DNA of 64,000 nt, taken from contig CAWJKZ010000025.1 of NCBI GenBank assembly GCA_963843575.1, positions 96,001 to 160,000 of the forward strand. Reading direction: 5' to 3'. The notes under the pieces are model-generated. The model saw only the letters and a program-made list of their open reading frames with translations. It did no database searches and was not told where the DNA came from. The DNA comes from an uncultured Acidobacteriota bacterium. GTDB lineage: Bacteria > Acidobacteriota > UBA6911. Positions 41,654 through 51,589 of the stretch are shown in pieces (the stretch's first letter is position 1; each line of letters begins with the position of its first letter). The translations under genes were made by a program, and so were the position numbers.

Positions 41654-42289
41654 CTACACGCCGGCCAGTTTACGGGCGATGCTCACCGCGCCATTGGCGT
41701 TATCGCTGAAGCCGTCCGCGCCAATCTGATCGGCGTACTGCTGGGTAACGGGCGCGCCGCCGATGATCACCTTGACCCTGTCGCGCACCCCGGCCCGGAC
41801 GATTTCATCGATGGTCGTCTTCATGTTGGGCATCGTCGTCGTCAACAGCGCCGAGAGCGCCACGACATTGGCCTTCCTGGACTGGATTTCGGACACGAAC
41901 TTCTGAGGAGAGACGTCGACCCCGAGATCGATCACGTCGAAGCCGGCACCTTCGAGCATGGACGCCACCAGGTTCTTACCGATGTCGTGCAGGTCCCCCT
42001 TGACGGTCCCGATGAGAACGCGCCCGGCGGGCTCCCGCCCCTTCTCCGCCAGCAGTGGACGCACCAATTCGAGGGCACTCTTCATCGCGCGGGCCGAAAG
42101 CAGGAGTTCCGGGACGAAGTACTCCTGGCATTCGAAACGCCTCCCCACCTCGTCCATTGCTGGAATCATATGAAGGGTCACGAGATCGCCCGGGTCGGTT
42201 CCTTCCGCGAGAGCTGCGCGCGTCACCGCTACGGAGGCTTTGGCGTCACCGTTGAGAATCGCTTCCTGCAAGAGCTTCATATCGGGCAT
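41654..42289 (-). CDS. Cobalamin-binding corrinoid protein (MtaC/MttC-like)
   Basis: Cap domain 'YFVPELL', 'GDLHDIGKNLV', 'SALLTTT', 'IGGAP'. Confidence 0.93.
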   Translation of the reverse strand: MPDMKLLQEAILNGDAKASVAVTRAALAEGTDPGDLVTLHMIPAMDEVGRRFECQEYFVPELLLSARAMKSALELVRPLLAEKGREPAGRVLIGTVKGDLHDIGKNLVASMLEGAGFDVIDLGVDVSPQKFVSEIQSRKANVVALSALLTTTMPNMKTTIDEIVRAGVRDRVKVIIGGAPVTQQYADQIGADGFSDNANGAVSIARKLAGV

Positions 42290-42528
42290 TAGTCTCTCTC
42301 CTTAGTCACCTTGGTCCGGATACCCACGTCCGGGTACTGCCGGCAGCCAACAATCTGCTACGGTTGCCCCATGGTGTCAAAGAAAAACAGGCACCCGGGC
42401 GCTCCAGCATAGCCGCGCACGCGCGAAAAAGTGCGTCATTCGACGCGGCGGGAGTCAATTTCGCTTTGTTTCGCTTGCGCAGGAACGACCGATGCCGTAT
42501 CTCTGGCTCGTTGGCAACAGGGCCGATT

Positions 42529-42630
42529 CACCCCGGCCATCAGGGGAAATGGCCGGGGTGTTACGGGGGCGGCAGTCCGAGCTGGGTGGGGGGATAGACC
42601 CGGTTCGGGCTGCCGCCTTTCCTGTTTCTG
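42529..42630 (+). ncRNA. Candidate plus-strand structured RNA / terminator (two long hairpins)
   Basis: 12-bp perfect stem 42529-42560. 20-bp stem 42568-42617 with three G-U pairs valid only on the + strand, followed by TTTCCTGTTTCT. Confidence 0.35.
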
Positions 42631-42692
42631 CCGCGGCTGAAGTGGGCCGCGGCGGCTCGACGCGGCCTGCGGATTTCGCCCCATCCGGCCGC

Positions 42693-43901
42693 TCACTCGG
42701 GCCGGATCGGACCGCCCCCTCCCGCCATCAGCTCCAGGTTGCGCGCAATCAGGCCGTAGCGCTGTCTTACGCAGGCATAAGATCTTAGCGGGTCGGGCGG
42801 GGTCGACGAGACGTAATCGAGCAGTCTTTCGACCGTGCTGCCGGCGACGTGCATGCGGGTGTCGGCGGATCCATAGTAGACGAAGACGGTGCCGTCGGAC
42901 CGCGCCACCCAGCCGTTGCTGAAGGCTACGTTTGAGACGTCGCCGATGCGTTCCTCGCCATCAGGGGCCAAAAAATACCCTCCCGGCGCATGCGTGACGA
43001 CCTCGGGACGGTCCAGCTGCGAGAGAAACATGTACAGCACATAGCGCAGACCGGCTGCCGTATTGCGCACGCCGTGCGCCAGGTGGAGCCAGCCCTTGTG
43101 AGTACGGATCGGGGCGGGGCCCAAGCCGTTCTTCACCTCTTTGATCGTGTGGTACTCGCGGTTGTCGAAAACGGTTTCCTTGTCAATGACGGCGTGTTCG
43201 ATTGAGTCGGACAAGCCCCAGGCGATGCCGCCCCCCTTGCCGGCCTGGATGAACTCGTCCTGGGGGCGGGTATAGAAGGCGTACTTCCCCCGGACAAATT
43301 CGGGGTGCAGGACGACGTTGCGCTGCTGCGGGGAGCTGGTTTTCAGATCGTCCAGGCGCTCCCAACGGTCCAGGTCCCGTGTGCGCGCGATGCCGCACTG
43401 TGCCACGGCGGACGATGTGTCCCAGGCCGGCGCTTCCGGGTCCTTCCGCTCGGTGCAGAACAGCCCGTAAATCCATCCGTCTTCGTGGCGCACGAGGCGC
43501 ATGTCGTAAACGTTGACGTCCGGATCCGCCGTCTCCGGCATCAGGATGGGGTAGTCCCGGAACCGGAAACCATCGACGCCCGTGGTGCTCTCGGCCACCG
43601 CGAAGAATGATTTTCGATCGGCGCCTTCGACACGGGCGAGCAGGCATATGCTCCCGCCCAATTCGATCGCGCCTGAATTGAAGACGGAGTTGACCGGCAT
43701 CCTCTCGAGCAGCCAGAGATTGGTCCGGAAATCCAGATCGTAGCGCCAGGACACGGGGATGTGCGCCGCGGTCAGGACGGGATTGGCGTACCGTTCGAAT
43801 ATGCCGTTGCCGTGAGGCAGCACGGTGTTTCGCCTGGCCAGGAGTTCCTCGTGCCGCTGCAAGAGCCGCTGAAGCCTGTCCCTGAACTCGGTTTCGGTCA
43901 T
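42693..43901 (-). CDS. GH130 4-O-beta-D-mannosyl-D-glucose phosphorylase-like protein
   Basis: 'NSVFNSGAI', 'RVEGADRKSFF', 'YDMRL', 'QQRNVVLHP', 'GDVSNV'. Confidence 0.9.
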   Translation of the reverse strand: MTETEFRDRLQRLLQRHEELLARRNTVLPHGNGIFERYANPVLTAAHIPVSWRYDLDFRTNLWLLERMPVNSVFNSGAIELGGSICLLARVEGADRKSFFAVAESTTGVDGFRFRDYPILMPETADPDVNVYDMRLVRHEDGWIYGLFCTERKDPEAPAWDTSSAVAQCGIARTRDLDRWERLDDLKTSSPQQRNVVLHPEFVRGKYAFYTRPQDEFIQAGKGGGIAWGLSDSIEHAVIDKETVFDNREYHTIKEVKNGLGPAPIRTHKGWLHLAHGVRNTAAGLRYVLYMFLSQLDRPEVVTHAPGGYFLAPDGEERIGDVSNVAFSNGWVARSDGTVFVYYGSADTRMHVAGSTVERLLDYVSSTPPDPLRSYACVRQRYGLIARNLELMAGGGGPIRPE

Positions 43902-43953
43902 GGTGGCCCCACGCCCCCAATTGAGTGATTTCCGGCCGGTCGCGCCCGTACCT

Positions 43954-44994
43954 TCATTCCTTCCAGTCGGCGACGAAGATATTCGTTTCCCCTTCGCGCG
44001 CGCCGTGCCGGTTGGAGGCGAAGACCAGCTTGTCGCCTGCCTTGTTGAACATCGGGAATCCGTCGAAGGTGTCGTTGAATGTCACCTGCCGGAGCCCGGA
44101 GCCGTCGCTGTTGACGAGGAAAAGGTCGAAGTTGCGGCCGCGCGGGTCATTCATGTTCGAGGCGAAAATGATCCGGCGACCGTCGGGGTGCCAGAACGGG
44201 GCAAAATTAGCCTTGCCGTTGTCGGTGATAGTCCTCTTGCCGGAACCGTCGGCCGCCATAATCATGATCTCGAGGGTCCTTGGCTCGATCAGCCCGTCCG
44301 CGAGCAGCTGCTCGTACCGTTCCACCTCCTTCGGCTCCTTCGGATGATGGGCGCGATAGACAATCCAGCGGCTGTCGGCCGAGTAGAACGGCCCTCCGTC
44401 ATACCCCTTCTCATGGGTGAGGCGGGTGACGCCGGAACCGTCGAGGTTCATCGAATAGATGTCGAGGTCTCCGTCGCGCACCGACGTGAACACGATTTTC
44501 TTCCCGTCCGGGGAAACGGTGGCCTCCGCGTCGTATCCAGGCGTCTGCGTCAAGGGGCGCAGGTCGCTCCCGTCGGCCCGGGCGGTGTAGATGTCGTAAT
44601 CTTTGTAGAGCGCCCAGACGTAGCCGCGGCTCATGTCCGCTTTGGGCGGACACTCGGGGGAACCGGCATGCGTCGAGGAAAACAGGACGCCGCTGTCCCC
44701 GGGCAGGAAATAGGCGCAGGTAGTACGCCCCTTCCCGGTGCTGACGAGACGCGCATCGCCCCCCGCGACGTTCATCCTGAAAATCTGGTCGCATCGGTAG
44801 GGCGGACGGGTCGATTGAAAGATAAGCTGCTTGCCGTCGAATGAAAAATAGGCTTCGGCATTCTCACCGCCGGCTGTGAGTTGGCGGAGGCCGGCAAAGT
44901 GCACTTCGTGGGGCAGCGGGATCACGGCCGCCTGAGGGGATGTCCCGAGGGCCCAGGCGAACAGGGCGACCGATCCTGCGACGACGAACTTCAT
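43954..44994 (-). CDS. TolB-like (PD40 repeat) beta-propeller secreted protein
   Basis: Signal peptide, 'GENAEAYFSFDG', 'GYDAEATVSPDG', 'GYDGGPFYS', 'FDGFPMF'. Confidence 0.88.
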   Translation of the reverse strand: MKFVVAGSVALFAWALGTSPQAAVIPLPHEVHFAGLRQLTAGGENAEAYFSFDGKQLIFQSTRPPYRCDQIFRMNVAGGDARLVSTGKGRTTCAYFLPGDSGVLFSSTHAGSPECPPKADMSRGYVWALYKDYDIYTARADGSDLRPLTQTPGYDAEATVSPDGKKIVFTSVRDGDLDIYSMNLDGSGVTRLTHEKGYDGGPFYSADSRWIVYRAHHPKEPKEVERYEQLLADGLIEPRTLEIMIMAADGSGKRTITDNGKANFAPFWHPDGRRIIFASNMNDPRGRNFDLFLVNSDGSGLRQVTFNDTFDGFPMFNKAGDKLVFASNRHGAREGETNIFVADWKE

Positions 44995-45092
44995 GCGACC
45001 TCCTGGATCTGCGATGGCGGTTTTGACCTGTCTCCCGGCAACTGAAAAGCTATCGGTGCGCGGGGCCCTGCGCAAGGGGAATCGTGCGGGCG

Positions 45093-45180
45093 AAGTGGGC
45101 CGCGTCGGCCCGACGCGGCAGCCCGGGGTTACAGGGTAGCATCCCGCGAATCCGGCATGGCGCCGAGGCGCCGCACTCCA
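45093..45180. repeat. REP-like pair
   Basis: AAGTGGGCCGCGTCGGCCCGACGCGGC (45093-45119) and GGCGCCGAGGCGCCGCACTCCA (45159-45180). The latter is identical to 63607-63628. Confidence 0.7.
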
Positions 45181-45182
45181 CA

Positions 45183-46798
45183 CTATACTTGCAGGACGCC
45201 GGTTTGGAACGGCTGTACGTCGGGATTGTGGGAGGCTGCGTCCAGGGCAAGAATGAGCGCGTCGCGGGTCTGGGTCGGCGAGATGATCTTGTCGAGCCAC
45301 AACCGTGCCGCGGCATAGCGCGGATCGAGGGCAGCATCGTACTGCGCGGCGATACTCCGGAAGATCTCTTCCCGTTGCTCGGGGGAGAGTTCCCGCCCCC
45401 TGGTTTCCTCCTGCCGAAGCCTGATGTCGGCGAGGGTCCTGGCCGCGGAGGCTCCGGCCATCACGGCATAGCGGGCAGTGGGCCAGGCAAACACGAAGCG
45501 CGGGTCATAGGCCTTGCCGCACAGCGCGTAGTGCCCCGCGCCGTAGCTCCCGCCCATGATGACGGTCACTTTGGGGACCACACTGTTGGCCACGACGTTG
45601 ACCATCTTGGCGCCGGACTTGATGATGCCGGAGACCTCGGCGTCCCTGCCGACCATGAAGCCGTTCACGTCGTGCAGGAATACAAGCGGCACGAGGTTCT
45701 GGTTGCAGTCCATGACGAAGCGGGCCGCCTTGTCAGCGGAGTCGGTGTAAATGACGCCACCAACCTCGATGGGCCTTCCGGGCGTGCGCGTGTGCGTTCT
45801 CTGGTTGGCGACTATGCCTACGGCCCAGCCCCCGATGCGGGCGTAACCACACACCAGGGTCCGGCCGAACTCGGCCTTGTATTCCGTGAACTCGCCGGCG
45901 TCGACGATGCGGGTGACGATGTCACGCACGTCGTACTCGCGCGAGGCATCCAGCGGCATCAAGTCGTACAGCTCTTCGGAGGGGCGAACCGGCGGGCGGG
46001 GCGCGGCGCGGTCGAAGGGGGGCGAGGGCGTGAACCCATCATGCCGGCGATCTCCCGGAGACGCCGGAGACAGGACCGATCGTCGGGCTCCCGAAAGTCG
46101 ATGGTGCCGCTCAGCGCCGCGTGCAGCGAGGCGCCGCCCAGCTCCTCGCTGCTCAGGTCTTGCCCTATGGCGGCTTTGACGAGCGAGGGCCCCGCGATGT
46201 AGAGGCCGCTCCCCTCGGTCATGAGGATCTTGTCGGACATGACCGGCAGGTAGGCGCCGCCGGCGACGCAGTTGCCCATGATTGCCGCGACCTGCGACAC
46301 GCCCATGGCCGACAGGCGTGCATTGTTTCGGAAGATGCGGCCGAAGTCGTCCTCGTCGGGGAATATCTCGTCCTGCAGCGGCAGAAACACCCCGGCGGAG
46401 TCGACGAGGTAGATCAGGGGCAGGCGGTTGTCCAGGGAGATGCGCTGCGCGCGCAGGACCTTTTTGACGGTCATGGGGAAGAAGGCCCCGGCCTTCACAG
46501 TGGCGTCGTTCGCCACGATCATGAACAGCCGTCCCTCGACGCGGCCGATGCCGGTGACCACGCCGGCGGCAGGGGCGCCCCCCCACTCTTCATACATGCC
46601 GAGGGCAGCGAATATCCCGAGCTCGAAGAAACTACTCCCCGGATCGACGAGGGCCTGTATGCGCTCGCGTGCTGTAAGGCGGTTCTTCGCGTGCTGTCTT
46701 GCGACGTTATCGGACCCGCCTCCCTGGAAGATCGCCTCCTCGTCGAGGTCAAAGGACCGTTGCAGCTCGAGCCAGAGTTCACGGTTGCGCGGGTTCAT
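45183..46798 (-). CDS. Acyl-CoA carboxylase carboxyltransferase (beta) subunit (frameshift at ~46020-46040)
   Basis: 'ANDATVKAGA', 'DSAGVFLP', 'CVAGGAY', 'DVNGFMVG', 'GGSYGAG.YALCG'. Confidence 0.9.
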
Positions 46799-46812
46799 CC
46801 GGGGCGTCCTTA

Positions 46813-47052
46813 GGGCTCGCGCAGGAATAATTTCACATTTTGCTGACGGCTCCCGAGCCAACAGATCCTACAGCAAGCAACGATAGGAGATTGCAATTAA
46901 CGGAGCCGTCAGCCCTCCGGGGCGCGGCGGCGGGCGGGCATCTGCGGCGTTGCCGCTCCCCGACGATGTTACCACATCGCCTGCGTCGCGGAGCCTGGCA
47001 TCTGCCCGCCCGGCGCTCGCGCCAAAATGTGAACTCATTCTTGCGCGAACCC
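46813..47052 (+). mobile_element. MITE-like element, copy 2 (240 bp)
   Basis: Near-identical to 15607-15847. Flanked by TTA on both sides (46810-46812, 47053-47055). Confidence 0.85.
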
Positions 47053-47104
47053 TTATCGCTTCCGATAAGAAATTGCCACATCTTGCGGGACAGTGCGAAC
47101 GATT

Positions 47105-49846
47105 TCAGAGGCGGGCCCGCGCAAGCGAAGTGCGCCCGGAGAGGCTGGCGACCACGGCGACGAGCTCCGCAGGCTCCACCGGCTTGGGGATGTGGACCTG
47201 AAATCCGGCGGTGAGCGCGCGCATCCGATCCTCCGACCGGGCATGGGCCGTCAGGGCGGCGGCCGGCACGCGGCCGCCTCGCTCGGCTTCGAGAGCGCGG
47301 AAACTGCGCATCAAGGCATAGCCGTCCTCGCCCGGCATTTCGATTTCGCTGACGAGCACGTCGAGGGCCCTCTCCCCGTTGAGGATCTCCAGCGCCTCTG
47401 ACGCAGAGCAGGCAACCATCACATGGGCGCCGCACTGCCGGAGTGCGACGGCGAGAATTTCGCGCGCGCCCTGCTCGTCCTCGACCAGGAGGACCCGGAC
47501 GCCTTCGAGCACCGGACCGATGGCGATCTCCGGGCCGCCGGCAGCCACCCGAACGCGAGGCGGCTCCTCGCCGGACGCGGACGCGGCGGCGACCAGCGGC
47601 AGCGAAACCGTGAAGGTCGCACCCTCCCCTTTCCCCGGACTCTCCACCCTGATGCTCCCGCCGTGCAGTTCCACGAGCTGGCTGACGATCGCCAGCCCTA
47701 ACCCAAGACCGCCGTGCTTGCGGGTGCTCGAGCTGTCCAGCTGGCGGAAGCGCTCGAATACGTGGGGCAGAAAATCGGGGCTGATCCCCATGCCGGTGTC
47801 GCTCACGATGATTTCCGCCGTCGCCCCGGCCTTTTCGAGGCGGACTTGCACACGGCCGTTCTTGGGAGTGAATTTGATGGCGTTCGTCAGCAGGTTCCAG
47901 ACAACCTGCTGGAGCCGGTCGGGGTCGCCCGAGATCAACCCCACGCCGGAATCGAGTACGCACCGTATCCGGATGCCCTTGCTCTCCGCGGCGAAGCTCA
48001 ACGCATCCACGGCCGCCTCGATGACCGACACGAGGTCGACCGAGCGCACGTCCAGGCGAAGCTTCCCGCTGATGATCCTGGATATGTCGAGCAAGTCCTC
48101 GATGAGCTGTGCCTGGACTCTTGCGTTCCGTTCGATGATTTCAAGCGCCCGACCTGCGTTGGCCTGGTCCAGACGACCGCTGTTGAGCATCGTGGCCCAG
48201 CCAAGGATCGAGTTCAGCGGGGTGCGCAGTTCGTGCGACACGGTGGCCAGAAACTCGTCCTTCGCACGGTTGGCCTCCTGCGCTTCCAGGAGCAGGCGCA
48301 CGTTCTCGACGGCCATCAGCCTGAACCGCTCCTCACTCTCGCGCAGGGCGTCCTCGGCCTGCTTGCGCTCGGTGATGTCGCTGCCCACCGCCAGGAAACA
48401 GGGCTCTCCGTCAAGCGTGATGCGCTCGACCGAGAGCAGAAAGACGCGCAGCTGACCGGATTTCCTGCGGAACTTCAGCTCGAGGTCGCGGGCCCGCACA
48501 TTGGAGCGGACAATCTCCGCCAGCCGGTCGTCGTCGCTGCCGTCCGCCCAGAGCCCGAATTGCCCCGGCACCCGGCCCAGAACCTCCTCCCGTTCGTAAC
48601 CGGTCGAGCGGAGGAACGCCTCGTTGACGTCCACGATCTCTCCCGTGCCCGATTTGCCAATCCACTTGGGAAGTGGGCTCGAGTTGAAGGCCTTGGAGAA
48701 ACGCTCCTCGGAGGCGCGCAGTGCATCTTCGGCTTTCTTGCGGTCTGTAACGTCCGTGCCGATGCCGATCATGCGAGACGGACGCCCTTCCGGACCCAGG
48801 AAGACCTGCCCCTTCCCCGCGAGCCATCGGGTGATCCCATCCGGCTTCATCACTCGAAACTCGACGTCGAGGGGAGATTTGTCCTTCAACGCCTCCCGGA
48901 TCGTCTCCGCGAGACGGTCACGGTCGTCGGGATGAACCACCTGCAGGTAGGATTCAAAGTTGCCGTCGAAGTGGTCGGCCGGGAAGCCCTGCAGGCTCTG
49001 GATATCTCCCGACCAGGTCAGCTTCCCCGTCGCGATGTTCCAGTCCCAAGTCCCCATCCGGCCCGCTTCCTGGGCCAGTCGCAGCCGCTCCTCGCTTTCG
49101 AAGAGCTCCTGCTCACTGCGCCTCCGCTGGCTAACGTCGCGAAAAACCAGGATGGCGCCCATAATCATCCCGCGGTCGTCGCGAATGGGCGCCGCCCCTT
49201 GATCGATCGGGACCTCCACGCCGGTGCGGGACAGGAGGATGGTGCGGCGCCCCAATCCGGCGACGCTCACGTTGTTCAGGACACAGTCTGCCGCGTTTTC
49301 GATGGGGGCGCGCGTATCCTCCTCGATGATCTTGAACACGTCGCGCACGGGGATGCCGACCGCCTCGTTGTTGCTCCAGCCCGTGAGTGTCTCGGCCACC
49401 GAGTTCAGCAACTGGACCACACCGCTGGAATTAGTCTCAATCACCGCGTCGCCGATACTCGAGATCGTCACCTCGAGCCAGCGCCGCTGGTCGCGCGCCC
49501 GGTCGGCCGCTCGGCGGGCCGAGGCGGACAGGAAACTGATCAGCCCTGCCACTGCCACGAAAAGCAGCAGCCGGACCAGACTGTCTGTCTGAAGGCCCTG
49601 GCGAGGGATCACCATCCAGACATGCCCAAGGACGGCCGCGCACCCCGCGAGAATAGCCGGACCCGTTCCCCCCAGGAACGCGCTCACCGTCACCGCGGCG
49701 ACGAGCAGGAGGAATGGAGTCCGCTCGTCGAGAACGGGCACGACGAACGTGATCCAAAGAGCCAGGGCGGTGGCGCACAGGGCGGCTGCGTATGCGCAAA
49801 CCCTGCGAAGGTTGGCAGGATCATTTCGGGATAAAACACCGGGCAT
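47105..49846 (-). CDS. Hybrid sensor histidine kinase/response regulator (TM region, 3 PAS, HisKA, HATPase, REC)
   Basis: 'SHELRTPL', 'NLLTNAIKF', 'DTGMGI', 'GGLGLGL', C-terminal receiver domain. Confidence 0.93.
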   Translation of the reverse strand: MPGVLSRNDPANLRRVCAYAAALCATALALWITFVVPVLDERTPFLLLVAAVTVSAFLGGTGPAILAGCAAVLGHVWMVIPRQGLQTDSLVRLLLFVAVAGLISFLSASARRAADRARDQRRWLEVTISSIGDAVIETNSSGVVQLLNSVAETLTGWSNNEAVGIPVRDVFKIIEEDTRAPIENAADCVLNNVSVAGLGRRTILLSRTGVEVPIDQGAAPIRDDRGMIMGAILVFRDVSQRRRSEQELFESEERLRLAQEAGRMGTWDWNIATGKLTWSGDIQSLQGFPADHFDGNFESYLQVVHPDDRDRLAETIREALKDKSPLDVEFRVMKPDGITRWLAGKGQVFLGPEGRPSRMIGIGTDVTDRKKAEDALRASEERFSKAFNSSPLPKWIGKSGTGEIVDVNEAFLRSTGYEREEVLGRVPGQFGLWADGSDDDRLAEIVRSNVRARDLELKFRRKSGQLRVFLLSVERITLDGEPCFLAVGSDITERKQAEDALRESEERFRLMAVENVRLLLEAQEANRAKDEFLATVSHELRTPLNSILGWATMLNSGRLDQANAGRALEIIERNARVQAQLIEDLLDISRIISGKLRLDVRSVDLVSVIEAAVDALSFAAESKGIRIRCVLDSGVGLISGDPDRLQQVVWNLLTNAIKFTPKNGRVQVRLEKAGATAEIIVSDTGMGISPDFLPHVFERFRQLDSSSTRKHGGLGLGLAIVSQLVELHGGSIRVESPGKGEGATFTVSLPLVAAASASGEEPPRVRVAAGGPEIAIGPVLEGVRVLLVEDEQGAREILAVALRQCGAHVMVACSASEALEILNGERALDVLVSEIEMPGEDGYALMRSFRALEAERGGRVPAAALTAHARSEDRMRALTAGFQVHIPKPVEPAELVAVVASLSGRTSLARARL

Positions 49847-50058
49847 CTGTACTTCCCTTTTCCGGCCGACCGTAGGGCTCCATCCTTCGGACGCGTACGA
49901 GCGCCGTCAAACGGAAGCTTTGGAGATGGTAAAGACTCGGGGGGCAGCGTGGACAATCTGAGGGAATGGTACTTCGTCCCGCACGGGACTTTCAAGTGGC
50001 CATGGGCCGCGGCGGCTCAGTCGGGCGCGGGACCCTGGTTCCCCACGCTTGTTGTTTG

Positions 50059-51480
50059 TCAGTGGGCTATCTTGGGCCAGTACCGCTCGTATTGGAAGTT
50101 GGGGGAGTTTTCGGGCGTGTGGCACCTCGGGCAGAACTCCTTCTTCACCGGGCGCCTGACTTGCTGGAGCACGCCGAGACCGGGATGTATTGTCTGCGGG
50201 CTGCGCGCGTGGTCCACTGACTCACCGTGGCAGGCCTCGCATTGCACACTCGCCAGCTTGGGCGTGCGCAGCATGTTGACAAAGCCGCGGTCGGAGCCGA
50301 ATCCCGTCACGTGGCAGGAAACGCAGTCCTGGTTAAACTGGTTTCCGGCGCGCACAAGCGTCTCGATCGCGCGGGCGTGGCGGCTTTTCTGCCAAACCGT
50401 ATAAGCCTTTTCATGGCAAATTTTGCAGGCATCCGCGCCGGCAAAGAGCGAGCGGGCCGTGACCTGAGGACTCTTGCGGGCCTCCTCCTCCTGCAGCCGC
50501 GACAAGTCGCGCCTGGCCTTGTCGACCACAGACACCAGTCCAGGCGCGTCGGGCACCAGCGACGGGAGAAGTATCATCTCGTTTTTCGAGGTCGTGATAC
50601 GTCCGCCACCATCCCAAGCGACCTCAAGAACCCCAAGCCCGATCCCGGAGTGTGCCGATTCCACGACAACAGTGTTGCCTAACCGGGGCAACTCCCGCCC
50701 GTCGCTCACGGAACTGCCGTTTATGATAACGTCCACCGCCGGGAATGCCTGCGCCAGCGCGGTCAGGTCCGGGTCCCGCATGCGCGCCAGAACCACGACC
50801 AGGTCGGCCCGCTTTTCTACCTCGGGCAGGACGCGCTTCAAGGCCGCCGCAGGATCCTGCATGGGAATCTCCCCGGCCGCCGACGCGTCCCCGGCGACAC
50901 CAAGCACCCCGACGCGGATCTCCACCCCACCCGACGCCGGCTGCAGCGCGAACACCGAGTAGGGGACCGTGGGAAACTGCAGCGACGACGTCCCCTGTAG
51001 GGCCGTGGCGATATACCGGCTGCGGAGCTCCGCCGGGATCAGTCCGAGCCCCTGAAGGCGTTCCAGGCGGCGGAGGTCCGGCTCGGTGGTATTGACCGCG
51101 TCCACGCCGAGCGCGTCGAAGGCCTCCAGAACCCAGCGGTTCGATGGATCGTCCAGGTTGTCGGTCTGGCGCAGGGCGTTTCCGGTTTCCACAACGAGCA
51201 CGGGAACATCTTGATGTTTGCGCTTCACGTCCGCTAGAAGCGTGGCCCGCCGGGCCACGCCGCCCATGGCGGGCTGCGTTCAGCCACAGGGGTCGAGGTT
51301 CCCCTTGAGGTCCCCGGCATAGGCGATCACGACCTTGCCGGGACGGCCCGGGTTGTCTCCAGCCGTGCCCGCACCCCCCTTCCAATGACCGTCCGACTGC
51401 GTGAACCGGAGATAGCCCATGAGAGCAGCGAAAGCCAGCGCAATCGCAAGGAATCCGTACACGGCAATTTTCGACTTCAT
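50059..51480 (-). CDS. Putative selenoprotein: UshA/5'-nucleotidase-like domain with CxU motif fused to tetraheme cytochrome c (473 aa, Sec67)
   Basis: ORFs 51280-51480 and 50059-51267 are in frame and separated only by TGA 51282-51280: 'GNLDPCG-U-TQPAMGGVARRA'. N-terminal TM anchor; four CxxCH motifs. Confidence 0.75.
51239..51279 (-). promoter_or_regulatory. Putative bacterial SECIS element
   Basis: GCGTGGCCC-GGC-GGGCCACGC stem-loop (51260-51240). The loop begins with GG, 28 nt after the UGA. Confidence 0.55.
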
Positions 51481-51589
51481 ACCTGCCCCGGAGGAGTTTT
51501 CTGAATCGCGGGATTGTATAACGAACCGGGGGCCGAACCGGAGACTTTTGCGCCGGCACGAGCCCGATTGCCGTCGTCGCGTGAACCGG

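Noticed and set aside
42490-42630. Cobalamin riboswitch on the minus strand upstream of the corrinoid gene (words ACTGCCGCCCCCGTAAC and AGCCAGAGATAC)
   Set aside because: Lacks the GGGAA..GGTG.AA.TCC and GCCACTG/GGGAAG elements, and the G-U pairing favours the opposite strand. An Rfam scan would settle it.
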